Shown here piece after piece: positions 14,809-29,736 of a stretch of DNA of 64,000 nucleotides. The stretch's first letter is position 1. Every line of letters starts with the position of its first letter. Both the position numbers and the translations under genes were made by a program. The notes below the pieces were generated by a model, which searched no databases, had not been told where the DNA came from, and was given only the letters and a program-made list of their open reading frames with translations. The DNA comes from Neocallimastix sp. 'constans'. Taxonomy: Eukaryota. The stretch is taken from positions 124,001 through 188,000 of the forward strand of contig JBODTK010000125.1 of assembly GCA_050613775.1 (NCBI GenBank), given 5' to 3'.

Positions 14809-17800
14809 TATTATTTATTATTTTAAAAAATAATAAAAATATTATCAATTTATATATAAAATTTATATTATTAATTATTTATTATTAATTATTTATTATT
14901 AATTATTTATTATTAATTATTTATTATTAATTATTTATTAGTATTATTTTTTTTTTTGGAGAAAAAAAATAAATAAACTTTATATTATTAGATAAAATTA
15001 AATATATAAATTTTTAATATTTGTTTTCTTCTTAATAAAAAGTTTCTTCTTTTATTAATAGTTTTTTCCTATAAATTTTCAATATATTATATAAATAATA
15101 TTAATATTAATAAATCTTTATTTTCATAAATTCATATAATTTTATTGATATTTCGATAATAAAATATTTAAATTTTAAATAAAAAGAAAGTATATAATTA
15201 CTTACCTAAAATATAACGAAAAAAAATATAAATAATATATATTAATAAAAATTTTATTATTATTATTATTATTTAATCACTATTAGTTTTTTTTTATTTT
15301 ACTAGTTATTAATTATATTCAATTTTTTTTTTTTTTTATTTATTTAATATTAATTTCTCTTTTCATTGAATATTAAATTTTAATTAAATATTTTATAATA
15401 TAGAAAATATTTTTTATATATATTTTTTTAGTTTAATTCATTCATTAAAACTTTTTTTTTCGCTTCTATTTTATCTTTTTTATAAAAAAAAAAAAAAAAA
15501 AAAAATTCAATTATTATTTAAAAAAAAATAAAAATAAAAAAAAATTTTTATTTTGTTCAAAGAAGTTAACCATCTTTTATATGAAAAATTTTTATTATTA
15601 TTATTGCTTATTGATTTTTTTTATAATCATAACAAAAAAGGTTTTTCATAATATATTAAAATTTTTATTAATAAATATTTTGAATTCATATAAACTAATT
15701 AAATATTCAAATATAAACTTATATGAAAAATGAAATATGATTTCTCAAGAAAAAAAAAATCAAAATAATTAATTATAAAATTATATAATAAAATAATAAA
15801 ATATTTTATATATACTACAATACAATACAAAATAAAATAAAATAAAATAAAAGATATACATGTGTATATAAAATAATTATATATATTAAAATATATATTA
15901 TATACATATAGTAAAATATTATAGTATTTATATATTTAATAATAATTTATATTGCACAATATATTTGTATTATATTGTTAATTTTATTTCATTCTATTTG
16001 TATTCCATTGAAATCTATTTATTTAACCTTTTATATTATTTTATAATTAATTAAGTAAATTAATTTTTTATATTAAATCTTAATTTCTATTGATTTCGAT
16101 TTAACAAAAAATTTGAAAAACATGAATTTATTAATATTTGTTATATTTAATACTCTTAATTAACATTAATTATTATTAATTCTAATTAGTATTTATTTAT
16201 TATTTATTATTTATTATTTAATTATTTATTATTTATTATTATTTATTATTTATTATTTAATTATTTATTATTTATTATTTATTATTTATTATTTATTATT
16301 TATTATTTATTATTTATTATTTATTATTTATTATTTATTATTTATTATTTATTATTTATTATTTATTATTTATTATTTATTATTTATTATTTATTATTTA
16401 TTATCTATATGAATTTAAATTATTGATATATATGTTTATTATATACTATTTTATAATAACTATTATGAATTTGTAAATTATTTATTATATCAAACATTAT
16501 TATTATTAACCATTAGAACTTTTTTTAAGCAACATTGTTTTATTAATATAAAAATAGTATTTCATTAATAAAAAATAAAAACTATTTATACAATATAGTC
16601 ATGATTTTATTGTAATATATTGTAATATAATAAATTAATATATTTAATATATTCAATATACTATAAGTGTGATACATATGCTATGATTTAGTATAATTCA
16701 ATAGTATTCTATTATATATAATAATGTATATATTAATATAAATAGAATAAAAAGTTGTGCTATATTTAATATAATAAATTTTGAATATATTGAATTGAAC
16801 CAAATTCATGGAATAGATAATAAAAATTATAACAAAAATTAAAATAATAAAAATAAAAATTAAAAAAAAAATATAAAATAAAAAATAAAAAAAAAAATAA
16901 AATAAAAAAAAATATAAAGTAAAAATCATATATGAATTAGTGAATAAAAATTTCATTGATAAAAAGCTTTGTTTGTCTTAATGTAATATTTCTAATACAA
17001 TAAAATAAAATTAGTCAATTTAAATATTGTTATACCAGTTACAGGATAAAGAATAGCGTTTCAATTAGATTAAAAATATATTGGTTTGATTTATTAATAT
17101 AGGATAATAGAAGTGACTCTTTCTGTTGATCATAGGACTAGTCAATGGATTTCATGAATAGAGGGATGTTCCTATATATTTATATATTGTTGTTTACATA
17201 TTGATACTATGATTTTAATATATAGAATTTGGATAAACCAATTTCATTTATTTTTAATTTACTTATTTATTTATTTATTTACTTATTTATTTATTTATTT
17301 ACTTATTTATTTATCTAATTATTTATTTATCTACTTATTTTTTTTAAAAAAAAAAAAGAATTAATAACCTATATAATAATATAAAATAAAATAAAGAAGA
17401 AAAATTCGTTTTATTAATATATATAAATTATTTATTAAATATTTAAATTTTAATATATATAATATATTATATATATATATAAATAATTATTAAATATAAA
17501 ATATATATGAAATATAAATTATAATATATATAAAATAAATATGAAATATATATGAAATATATAATTATATATGTGAAATATATATGAAATACAAAATTAT
17601 ATATATGAATTATAAATAATATAATAAAATTATATATATTATTTTTTACCAAAAAAGAAATATTCTACATGTACTTTTTTTTTCCTGTATTGAAATGTGG
17701 AATAATACAAATTTGTTATTATAAAAAATTTAAATTCCAAATTACATATTTATTAATATACAAAAATATATACATATATTATATTGATACATATAATATA

Positions 17801-20800
17801 ATATATATATCTAAATAAGGAATTCATAATAAATCCATAGTATTTTTTATTTTTTGTTTCTGTTTTTTTTAAAAGTAATTTATTTATTTATTTATTTATT
17901 TTTTATTTGATTAATGTAATACAATAGATATAATAATGTATCATCTTTGTAATAAAAAAATAAAAAAAAAAAAAAATTAATATAAAATCTATATAAATAA
18001 ATATTTTTAAAGCTTTTTCATTTAAAAATAAATTTTTTTTCATCTACTATTAATTATATTAGAATTACAAAAAAAAAATTTTTAATTAATTAGTGATTTG
18101 GCATTTTTATTTTTTATTTTTAATTTTTTTTTTTTAATTTTAGGGCTATTTCGCTTCTAATATTAATTAAGAATAAGATATCATTAACTATTAATTATTC
18201 TATATTTTTATTCATTAGTATTTTAGTATTTAATATTATTATTAATTAAATCATTTAACATTATTCTCTTTGATTAATTATACTCTATTATTAATTATAC
18301 TCATTTATTAATTATCCAAAATTTATTAAAATAATAATAATAATAATAAAAAGATGATTTAGCATAATAAATCAATTTAAATTAATTAATTAAGGAAAAC
18401 AAAATAAAATAAGAATTTTAAAACTTTTTAATTAAATTGTTTAATAATAATAATAAAATAAAATAAAAATAAAATAAAAATAAAAATAAAACATGATCTT
18501 AATATTAATATGAATTTTAATTAAATTATATTATGGTGATTTAGGATGTTATAATTTTATTATTATACTTTTTAGAAAGAAATGAAATTGTATCTTTTCT
18601 TTTCATCATTCAATATAAACATATTATTAGTTACAGATGATAAATATTATAAATAGTTTCATAAAATAAAATAGTTTTGTAGTTAGAATATATAAAGAGA
18701 AATAAAATATAAAATAATTAAACTAATCTATTTAATACTATTATAAATATTATTTAGTTTGTATTTAATATATTTTTTTATAAAGTTTATTTATTTGCTT
18801 ATTTACTTGCTTACTAATAGATCTATAAAAGTTTATTTTATTTTCTTATATATTTATTGTTTTATTTTTATTTATTTATTTATTTATTTATATACATATA
18901 TATTTATTTATTTATTTATATTTATTTTTATTGATGGAAATTTAATAATAAAGAATTTTTTTACTTTAATTATTTAATGAAATGGGATCAAACTTTATTT
19001 GATAAAAAAAAATCAAGCTTTAATTAATATTAAAAGTATCACTATAAAGGAAGTCACATAAATATATGGAAAAATATTAAAAAAAACTGTAGATTTTAAT
19101 AATAATAAATCATAATATAAATATTGAAATTATAGATTCTTATTATAAAAGTTAATAGATGGAGTAAATAAACTTGAATTTGAATATAATATATATAAAT
19201 GCATAAAATATATACATATAATGTATATACAATGTATATAATAGAACATATAAAAAAAAATTTTTTTTTTCCTATTAGTTTCAAAATAAAATAAAAAAAA
19301 ATTCTTTTTTTTTGTTTCGTTATTGAATCCATTAAAACGATAAAACAATAAAAAATAATAATAGTAATAAAGATTTAATATGTTATTTTATATGGATGAA
19401 ATTAAACCATAGAGTATAATAATAAATAACAAATAAACCGTACCTTAATAAAATATTTTATCATGTAGAAATAATAATAAAATAAACCGTTTTATTAATA
19501 TAAATATTATATTATTATGATTGAAATCATGATTTATATTATCATTAAACCCCTTTCCTTTTTTTTTTTTTTTTTTTTTTAAATATACATCAAAAATAAA
19601 TAAATAAATAAATAAATATTAAAGTAGTTAAATAAATAATTATAATTAATACAATATTCCAATTTTTTATTATTATTCTTCTTAGAAAAAATATTTTAAT
19701 TTAATTATTTTTTTTTATTTTATTCTTTTTTTTTTAAAAAAAAAATTAAAAATAAAAAAAAAATGATATATTATATTATAATATTTAAAAAGTTACACAA
19801 CTACAGTTTATTTTGTTATTTATTTATTTAGAAGAAAATGAAAAAAGTAAAAAAAATAAGAAAAGAAAAAAAAAATTTATTTATGCTTTTATTTTTGGTT
19901 TTATTTTTGGTTTTTTTTTCATTTTTACTTGTATTTGTATTTTTTCTTTTATTTTTATTTTTATATATTTAATATTTATTTAATATTTATTTCATGTTGA
20001 GAGGTGTAACATGCTTTATTTATTTGTAATACAATACAGCCAACAACTCTAAAAAATAAAAAAAGAACCAACAAAAAAAATTTAAATAATAAAAAAAAAT
20101 AATTAAAAAATTTAAATAAAAAATAATAAATAATTAAAAAATTAAAATTTTAAACTTTAATGTTGATAGAATATTCTTTATATACTATTGAATAAAAAAA
20201 ATAAATAAATAACTAAATAAATGATCATCATTCCATAAATTAAAATGGTAAATTAATACAAGTCATATTACCTACTAACTTAACATTATTTATTATTTAT
20301 TATTTATTTATTATTTATGTACTATTTATTTATTTATTTATTATTCAATTATTTATTATTCAATTATTTATTATTCAATTATTTATTATTTATGTACTAT
20401 TTATTTATTTATTATTAATATATGATTAATTTTTTTTTTTTAATTAATCAAATCTTAAAACACATAATAATAAAAAGTAATAAAAAATTTTGTATAATTT
20501 ATGATAATAAATCTATTATTATTATTATTATTAATACATTTTAAATTTAATCTTTTTATTTTTACTTTTATGTTTATCGTATTTTATTTCTTTTTATTTA
20601 TTTATTTATTTATGTTAATGGTTATATTTTTGGTTATACAATTTATAAGAGATTAATAAAAATTTTTATATTATAAATTATAAATCTTCATCCCTTTCAG
20701 ATTTTTATTTTTGTTTATGTTTTACAAATTTTTTGTAAAGTTTTGAATTTTTATTATATATAATATATATTATATTGATTATTCATTGAGTTATGTACAA

Positions 20801-23118
20801 TTTACTAGTTATTAGTTATTAGTTTTGTACAATTTAATTGTTCTGTACTTTCTATGATGTACTTTCTATAATGTACTATTTATGAGTTATGAAGTATTTA
20901 AAGTAGTTATTAGTTATGTACAATTTATTATGTATTATGGGCATGCAATAAAAGATTTATTAATACTCATTGATAATGGAATCACGTTTTATTAACTCAT
21001 TAAAATTAATTATTAAAAAAGTACTAATAAGACTAATTAATTAATATATTGTAATTAATGAATTATAAAAGATTATTTAAAAAATCAAATTGCGGAATTT
21101 TTTTTTTTTGTTTTTTTTGTTTTTTAATTATTAATTATTAATTATTAATTATTAATTATTTAATTTCTATATTTTTCCATTGTAGAAATTAATAATGTAT
21201 ATATATAAAAACATTTAATATAATTTTTAACAAATATGGAAATAATGTTTTTATAATTTTATAATTATTTTATTATTTTTATTTTTTCTATTTAATAATA
21301 ATCTATTTAATATATCAAATATATTATTCAATATAATAATTAAAATGATTTAATACATATATATAATCTATATATTTAATATTTAATGGATAATCCTTGA
21401 TTCCATTTCAAACCCTTCCATAAAGGAAGATGGATAATGGATAATGGATAATGGATAATATATTTAAGTTGTGGATGGGAAGAAACATAAATAGATCCGA
21501 TCCTAGCCTTGATTTAAAATAAAAAAACTTATAAAAAAAAAAAAAAAAAAAAAAAAAAGAAAAAAAAAAGAATAAGAATTTCAGATTTATATAAATATTT
21601 TATTTTTTTTTCTAATGATTTAACTAATGAATAAAATAATAAATATTTGATTTATATTTCCATTAGTAATAAAAGAATAGAGATATAATATTTATTTAAA
21701 TATTAATAAGATCGATCTATTAAAATGTTTTTATATTTCTAAATTATTTTGATCTGTTCTAGTTTCATTTACTGTCATAATATTTTTTTTTAAATAGATA
21801 TATTAAGCATATATACTAATTATATTGGTTTTATTATTTATTTATTTATTTATAAATGTATAATAATTTATTTAATATTTAATTTATTATTAGATAATTA
21901 ATATTATTATTAGATAAAATGAATAAAGAATTATAAATTTTATCTATTTTATTAATAATTAATGAATCATTCATTATTTAATGAAATGATTACATATTTA
22001 ATATAGTTCACATAAATCTTTTTTTTTTTTTTTATTTATTTATTTATTTTTTATTTATTTTTTTCTATTTCAAGTAATCCCTCCATTGATTGATATTTAG
22101 TATATTTAAATATTGGTAGTAGTGATGAATTATAAAATTTCCCTTTCCTTCTTTCCCCCCTTTTTTTTATATATATATTCATATATTATATATATATTTT
22201 ATTTAAATTTTAATTAATTTAATTACATAATGATACATTAAATGAAATCTTCCTTTAACAAATAAAATCAAATTAAAATAATCTTAATTACAATGATAAT
22301 CATGATAATAAAAATAAAGGAATTAAAATAAAGGAATTTAAATAAAAATATAAAAGAATATAATAAAATAAGAGATTTATTCGAAATAAAATGAAAATGT
22401 AATCATTAAGTAAAGCTAATATAAATATATATATATATATGAAAAGAATGAATGATTAAATATTTTGATATTTGAAAAAGACCTCGAATTTTATTTCTTT
22501 GGTTTATAAAAATCATTTATTTATTAAATTTTGTATTATTATTTTGATTTTATTTTATTATTTTTTTTTTATTATATTTTTTTTATTATATTCTATTTTT
22601 ATTACTTTTTTATATTTTCTGAATATATTATTCTTATTATATAATTATGTAAAAATTTTCATAATCTATCCAATATGTACAATATTAATTATTGCATTTT
22701 ATCAACATCTTATATTAACAGTTCTATATGATATATATATTTTTTATTTTATTTATATTATATTCTTCACACATATATATTTGTTCTATAATATATATTT
22801 TATTATATATATATTTTATTTTATCTTTTAATTATATTTTCACATATATACAAAAGTTTTATATTTTATAATTAATTATATTTATATATATTAATGAAAC
22901 ATATATTTATTAAAAAAAAAAAAAAAAAATGGGTTAAAATAATTTATTTAAGAATATATAGATATATATATTTTTCTTCATTTATAGTTTTTGTACTCCA
23001 AAAAAAAAAATTTTTTTTTATATTTAATTTTATAAATTAACTATAAAAGAAAAAATTTTTTTTTCTTTTCTTTTATGTGAAGATTTTAAACTTTTTTTTT
23101 TTTAATTTTATTTTAAAC

Positions 23119-23191
<73 letters not shown>

Positions 23192-23702
23192 TTATTATAA
23201 TTATAATTATAATTCTTTCTAGTAGGAAAATCTATTAATAAATTAAAAAATAATAATTAATATTTATATGTATAATATCCTCATTAATTAATTTTTATTT
23301 TTAATTTTTTTTTTTTTTTTAAATTGAAATTAGAAGGGATAAAAAATAAATAAATAATTTTTTTTATAATTTTTTATATTTTGTAAATATATTTTATTTT
23401 ATTTTTAATTTAAAAAAATTAATTAAAAGAACAAAAATTAATAATAATAAAAAAATAATTTAAAGATTTAAATTTTGTTAACGTTATCTAATAGCTAATA
23501 CTTTTAATATTTATATATTTATTCATTATTTTTTTTCTTATTAATCCTTTATTTATCCATACTTTTTTATTTTCTTTTAACTTTTATTATATATAGATAG
23601 ATATATTTTTAAATATAAATTTAATTAAGGAATGAATGAATAAAGATTTAATTATAAATTTTTAAGCAGTTTTAATAATTTTTTGTATAAAAGTATTATT
23701 AC

Positions 23703-23745
<43 letters not shown>

Positions 23746-24960
23746 TTAATCTATTTATTTCCTTAAATAAAAAAATAATTAAAAAAAAAAAATGTAATTA
23801 AATAAAAAAAGGAATAATAGAGATGTATCATATCATTATATGTATTTTATTATAATTTATAATAATTTAATGCTAATAATTTATTGTATTGTATACAAAT
23901 AAATGATATAATTATAAATAAATGATATAAATATGAATAAATGATATAATTATAAATAAATTATATGAATTATAAATAAATGATATAATTATAAATAAAT
24001 GATATGAATTATAAATGATTTAAACTATTTTAATAATAGATATCTTTTTTATTTTTTTTTTTTTTTTATTTTTAAATACATATATCAAGCATTTTTAAAA
24101 ACATTTAACTCATTCTTACATTGATTTATTCATTTTTTTTTTATAATTATTACTTTTGTTTTGCTTTATTTATTATTATGTATCAATTTTATTTTTTATT
24201 TTAATTTTTTAAATTTATACTATCGTTTTCTTGGCATTTTCGTTATTTATTTTTTTAAATATTTTTTCTTTAGGTATCCATTTATTTTTACTATTTATTT
24301 TATTATTTATATATTTTTATTATTTATTTATTTATTATTTATTTATTTATTTATTATTTATTTATTTATTATTTATTTATTTATTATTTATTTATTTATT
24401 ATTTATTTATTTAATTTTATTATTTATTTTTGTTATTTATTTTTATTATTTATTATTTATTATTTATTATTTTTTCCCATAATTAAATAAATTTAATAAT
24501 AAAAGTTAAATAAATAAATAAATGTACAATATTTATTTAAAAGAAAAAAGTTTTAAATAATTTTATATATATATTAAATTTTTATTATTATAAAAAATAA
24601 AAAATGAAATTATAAAATTGTTTAAAATCTCTTTTAAACTTATATTAATGCTTTCTTGGCATTTTCGTTATTTTTAATTGTTTTTTTCTTTTTTAAAAAC
24701 TTTTCTATAGGTATCCATTTATTTTTACTTATTTATTTTTACTATTTATTTTTATTATTTAATTATTTTTACTATTTATTTATTATTTATTTATTTATTT
24801 ATTATTTATTTATTTATTATTAATTTTCATTATTTATTTTTATTAGCTATTATTTATTACTTATTATTTATTCATAATAAATAAATAAATACATAAATAA
24901 ATAAATTTGTACTTGTTAGATTATATAAAGCTAATTAAATATGTTTTAAAGATTATATTA

Positions 24961-25283
24961 TCGTGACTAATGATTTTTGTAGATTGATGGACCAGTATTC
25001 CATTAGACCTCTCGTAACCAAGAACGTCGATGTCGTACCGATAAGGCAAAGAAGAAATTCTGATACAGATTTTATTGGTAGTTCTAATTCAAACGGAGGT
25101 TTTCATTGATGAATGGGAAGAGACCATTTCGTCCTCTCTGCTCGTTTTGAAAATTAACTTTTTTAATATTAATTTAGTTTCTTGTATTTTTTTTTTTTTT
25201 ATAATTTACTTTATATTATTATATTCATGTAATTTTCTTTAAATATTAAATAAAGTTATATCTAATCTAAAAAAAAAAAAAAA
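24961..25283 (+). mobile_element. 5'-truncated LINE (end of ORF, 3' UTR, poly-A) flanked by a 13-bp target-site duplication
   Basis: AAAGATTATATTA occurs at 24948-24960 and 25281-25293, preceded by TTTT. The end reads AATAAAGTTATATCTAATCT(A)15. Translation LMDQYSIRPLVTKNVDVVPIRQ...DTDFIGSSN is homologous to the LINE end at ~29850-30050 (-). Confidence 0.85.
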
Positions 25284-25469
25284 GATTATATTAATTATAT
25301 TTATGTCTCTGTGTGTAAATTAATAATAAATTATTTTATTCATTACTAAAATAATTTATTGTATTGTTACCAAGCCACAATTAATATAAATAAGATCAAA
25401 CATGTTAATCTTAAAAAGTAACCTATTTCTAATTATAGAATTTTAATAAAAAATTTTTAATTAAAAATT

Positions 25470-26552
25470 AAAATGGGAACAAAACATTTTTATTATTAAG
25501 AGTCTCATAGAGCACAAAAGAAATGTTAATTGAATTTCTATTAAAAACAAAGATGTATGGTTTTTTCCTAATTAAAAATGTCTTAATGGTTAAGAAAGTC
25601 TCTGATGACCTTGATCAAGATTTAATCACAACCTTTAGAAATCCAAATTAATACAGTAAAAATTGGCGATACTTATAAGTGACCTTTCTGAGAAAAAAAA
25701 AAGATTATTAGTTCCAAATGTACCAAAGGATGCTTTGAAACCTATTAAAGTCTTTCAAACTACATAAGATATCATGACAAAGTTAAAAAAAAAAAAAAAA
25801 AGAAAAAAGAAAATCAACGAAGAAAATCTACAAAAGAAAATAGATATGTTAATGGATAAATTGTACTCATTGAAGGCCAAAAGTATTATTATGAATGTAA
25901 AGGACGTCATAAAGAGAAATTAAATGAAATTAAGGGAAAACATTTAACTCTTTAAAAAAAAAAAAAAAAATTTAATACAATTCTTGGGAAAATTAGAAAA
26001 TCTTAATACGAACCTTGAAAAAAGAAAAAAAAAAAAAAAAAAGAAAATTTTAAAAAATATTCTTCCCTTTCTTTTTCTGTCGATCAAAAATTTCAATTAC
26101 CACCAAGATAGGAAATGAAGATGTGGATAATTTTTCAAAAAGGACGCATATGAAATATTAAATTTCCAAATATAACATAATGTAAGAATATAATGTTCAA
26201 ATAAAAGAAATTAGTCATTAAAGACTATATATGGATATTGATCTCGTCTTTTAAGAAAAAAAAATAAAAAATTAAAAAAAAAAAAAATAATAGCAATTTC
26301 AGAGGAAAAACGAGCTTTCTGAATCAAAATTATCCATTTCTAATAATAAAACAAAAAAAAAAAAAAAAAAAAAAAAATATTTGGCTATTTGCAAAGTATA
26401 GACGTCACGATACTGAGGACCGCAAATTTATCTTTATTAAATAAATAGATATAAAAAAAAAAAATTCCTGAAGAACCAGAATTTTTCCTTCTAGGAGGTG
26501 GTGAAGGAGCAGAAAGAATTCATACGATAAGGAAATTTAATAAACTGGAAAG

Positions 26553-26584
<32 letters not shown>

Positions 26585-27212
26585 AAGAAAGAAAGAAAGA
26601 AGATCCACACAACTAATGGTCACTAACAATTAGGTAAAGGATAGCAACGGTAAAAATTTAATCAACAAAAATAAGAACATTAACTCAGAAGAAAAAAAAA
26701 AAAAAAAAAAAAACATAATGTGATCTTTCGATCGATTCTGATGCTTCTAAACATATCACTTGTAAATAAGGATATTCTTTTAAAAAAAAAATAAAAAATA
26801 AATATATATAAATAAAAATAAAAATAATAAAAAAAAACTATAATGATAAGCAAAAAAAAAAAAAAAAAAGGTAACTCTAAAAAATATGTGCAAACAAGAC
26901 AACATACAAGTTTGAATGTAACCAGTGAAACTTATGAAAAGGAAACCTGAACAAAGACCTAATCCTAAACTTTAAATTGGAGAAGGTTTTTGTTTGTATT
27001 TAAGTAAAAGTAAAAGCAAAAGTAAAAGCAAAAAAAAACATAATAATAATACTAATAATGATAATAATAATATTAATAATAATATAAATTTAATAATAAT
27101 AATAATAATAATATAAATTTAATAAAATATTAATAAAAAATTAATAAAAAAAAAATTAATAAAAATCTAATAAAGTTGGGATCAAAACCGGTAGTAAACC
27201 CTATAAACCCAG

Positions 27213-27244
<32 letters not shown>

Positions 27245-27340
27245 TAACTATCTTTGATGATCAGGTTTCTAAAACTCAATAAGATGTTAAATTAAGAAGA
27301 AGAGCAAAACAACAGAACTAAACCAAAAAAAAAACTAAAT
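25470..27340 (+). mobile_element. Heavily decayed Ty1/copia-like gag-pol relic
   Basis: Raised GC with many stops and A-run expansions. IDSDASKHITC at ~26729-26762 resembles the copia protease motif (W)ILDSGASxH. A decayed zinc-knuckle-like stretch (...RHDTEDRKF) at ~26382-26430 precedes it in the expected order. Confidence 0.6.
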
Positions 27341-27656
27341 CCATCTTAGTTTTATTTTTTAATTTTTATTTTTTTTTTTATTTTTATTTTTTATTTTTGA
27401 CATCTATCCATGAAAACTATCTATCTATTTAGATGGTTTTTTTCTTTATTTTTATTTTTTTTTGTCATCTATCCAAGAAAACTATCTATTCAGATGGTAT
27501 CGATTCAAAGGAAATATTTTAATTGGATTAAAAAAAAAAAAAAAAAAGATTGATTTCATTCCCATTTCTTATTCCCATTGCCTTTTGGACAACCTTTTTC
27601 ATCAGTTTTCCTGTTAACAATTGTACATTTTATCGTACATTTTATTATACCTGTAT

Positions 27657-28747
27657 TTTTTTTTTTTTTTTTTTTTTTTTTATTAGGAAGAGAAAACATT
27701 TCCAGTGCTTTATTTAAATAGATAGTTTTAATTTTTATGTATTACATTTATTATATATATATAAAAATACATTAAATAATTTAAAGATAAAAATAAAATG
27801 CATGTCAAAAAAGATAAATTATTTTTTTTAAGTCGCAATTATTACGAACTTTAATCTTTATTTATTCATTAATTAATTACATGAATATTTTCATTTTTAA
27901 TAAAAAAATAAAAAAATAAAAAAAAAAAAAAAAAAAAAAAAAAAACAGAATTTAATAAAATAAATAAGCACATAATAAAATTTTAAAATAGTAACGTGAA
28001 ATAAAAAGTAATATTAAAAAATAAAGAGTATAAATAAATTCAAAAAAAAAAAAAAAGTTCCTATACAACGAACCTCACTTCCTTATGTATTAAGGTTTGA
28101 ATTGACTATCTGAAAGAAATTATGGTCTTCTCTTTCAGAGGTATTGGCCTTGCTAGACCGTCTTATTACATTTTCAGTGTTGACGATCCTGGTTAGTTTG
28201 TGCTTATATTTTCGAAATAGTAACCCTTGTCGAATACTAGCCGGAGGCTTGATTTCTGTAAAGAGAGGCCGTTGATCGTACTAAAAATGGCATTTTTGAA
28301 TAATCACCGGAAATAATTTGGTTTTTAAACAAAAACACAAAAACATCTCAATCCTTTTTTCATAATTTATATCAATAATGTCTGCATCTCTTTTACCAAG
28401 AAGGAAGTTATATCAATCGGTACCACGTCACATATATATATATTTACACACTCATTATTCAGAAAATTACTTAAATTAAAACAATTTTCACCAATTAAAC
28501 TATTCCCTACATTATTAGTTACGGTACTATTATTTTCACTATTACTAATATTAATATTTCTATCTTTTACTATCACTAATTCTTCTATTATTAACAATAT
28601 TATTTCTATTGCTATTATAATTAATATTATATAGTTCGTTAACTACTACTATCAGAATTCTGTACTTAATTCGATTTAATTCATATTTGTGAATAACAGC
28701 GTCTAAATTACTATTAGATATTGGACAATATTTAGAAATAATATTAA

Positions 28748-28791
<44 letters not shown>

Positions 28792-29695
28792 TAAGGATAT
28801 TCAATAGCCTTAAAGTATTTCATTCGAAAATTCACGGAAACGATAGCATTTAGAAAACCAATGTTCCAATTAAGGATTACTATTTTTTTTTTTTTTTTCT
28901 CATAACAATAAAGGACACCTTTCTTGGACAGTCTTCTTCAATCATTTTGGTAACTTTAGTAACATGAGCATCAGTTTTTTTTTTTATTATCCACATCTGT
29001 CATGAAGTACTCATCCCGAGGCTAATGTTAAAATTCAAGGTACTTTATTAAAAGTTGAACTTAAGGTAGTCTCTATAGTTTTTCTCAAATTTATTTATTT
29101 TTTTTTTTTTTATAAGCCTTCTTCGCTTTTTGACTGATTTTCCCTGTCATATCTTTTATTCCAATAAATGTTTAAATTTGATTTTTTTTTTGATGGAAAT
29201 TTTATTTAATTTGTCAGTTAAAATTTTTTTTTTTTTTTTTTACTTTCTTTGTCCCATGCATGACGTCTACAACGAGATATATCTCCAAGTAAATCAGAGA
29301 TAAACCATTTCAAGTTTTTCTATTTTTTTTTAAAAACACCTTACCTGAACAATTGCACATCTCACCGAAAAAAAGGAGGAATGTTAAGTTAAGCCTTGAA
29401 AGAAGATAAGTATATGTTTTCAATAAATTTATAGCATTTACCTCTAATACCGAAGTGATGAATCTTCATTAATACATTATATATGGGAACTGAGTCATAC
29501 GACTTTTTTTTTTTTAAGGTCCAAAAAAAAAAAAAAAAAAGTTAAGTACCCTTAATTTTCAAATTTCCATCTCTGACATATAATTCTTAATGAAAGTGTA
29601 AAGACATATACATTCTTTTCGATTATGATTATCCATATTGTTCAGATCATATAAATCTTTCATTAATTCCATATTTAGAGATTCTATTAGCTATA

Positions 29696-29698
<3 letters not shown>
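27657..29698 (-). mobile_element. Decayed, internally deleted LINE: RT fragment, C-terminal zinc knuckle, C-terminal extension, 3' UTR and poly-A
   Basis: Minus-strand fragments: IIANRISKYG, RKECICLYT/SLRIICQRWKFEN, DLKK..YDSVPIYNVLMK (RT), LLGDISRCRRHAWDKES, HDRCG, KMIEEDCPRK..CP..LEHWF.KC, QIISGDYSKMPFLV, NTSEREDHNF. AATAAAG lies ~27 nt before an A-run (T-run at 27657-27681). Confidence 0.8.

Positions 29699-29736
<38 letters not shown>

Noticed and set aside
14337..24490. F/I/Y/L-rich ORFs (14337, 16681, 17467, 18759, 19096, 22472, 24161; also 5738 and 63617)
   Set aside because: Chance open frames in T-rich low-complexity DNA. The apparent hydrophobicity comes from base composition.
27398..27500. 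Two copies of CATCTATCCA.GAAAACTATCT...AGATGGT
   Set aside because: Only a two-unit local duplication between retroelement relics, with no evidence of function.
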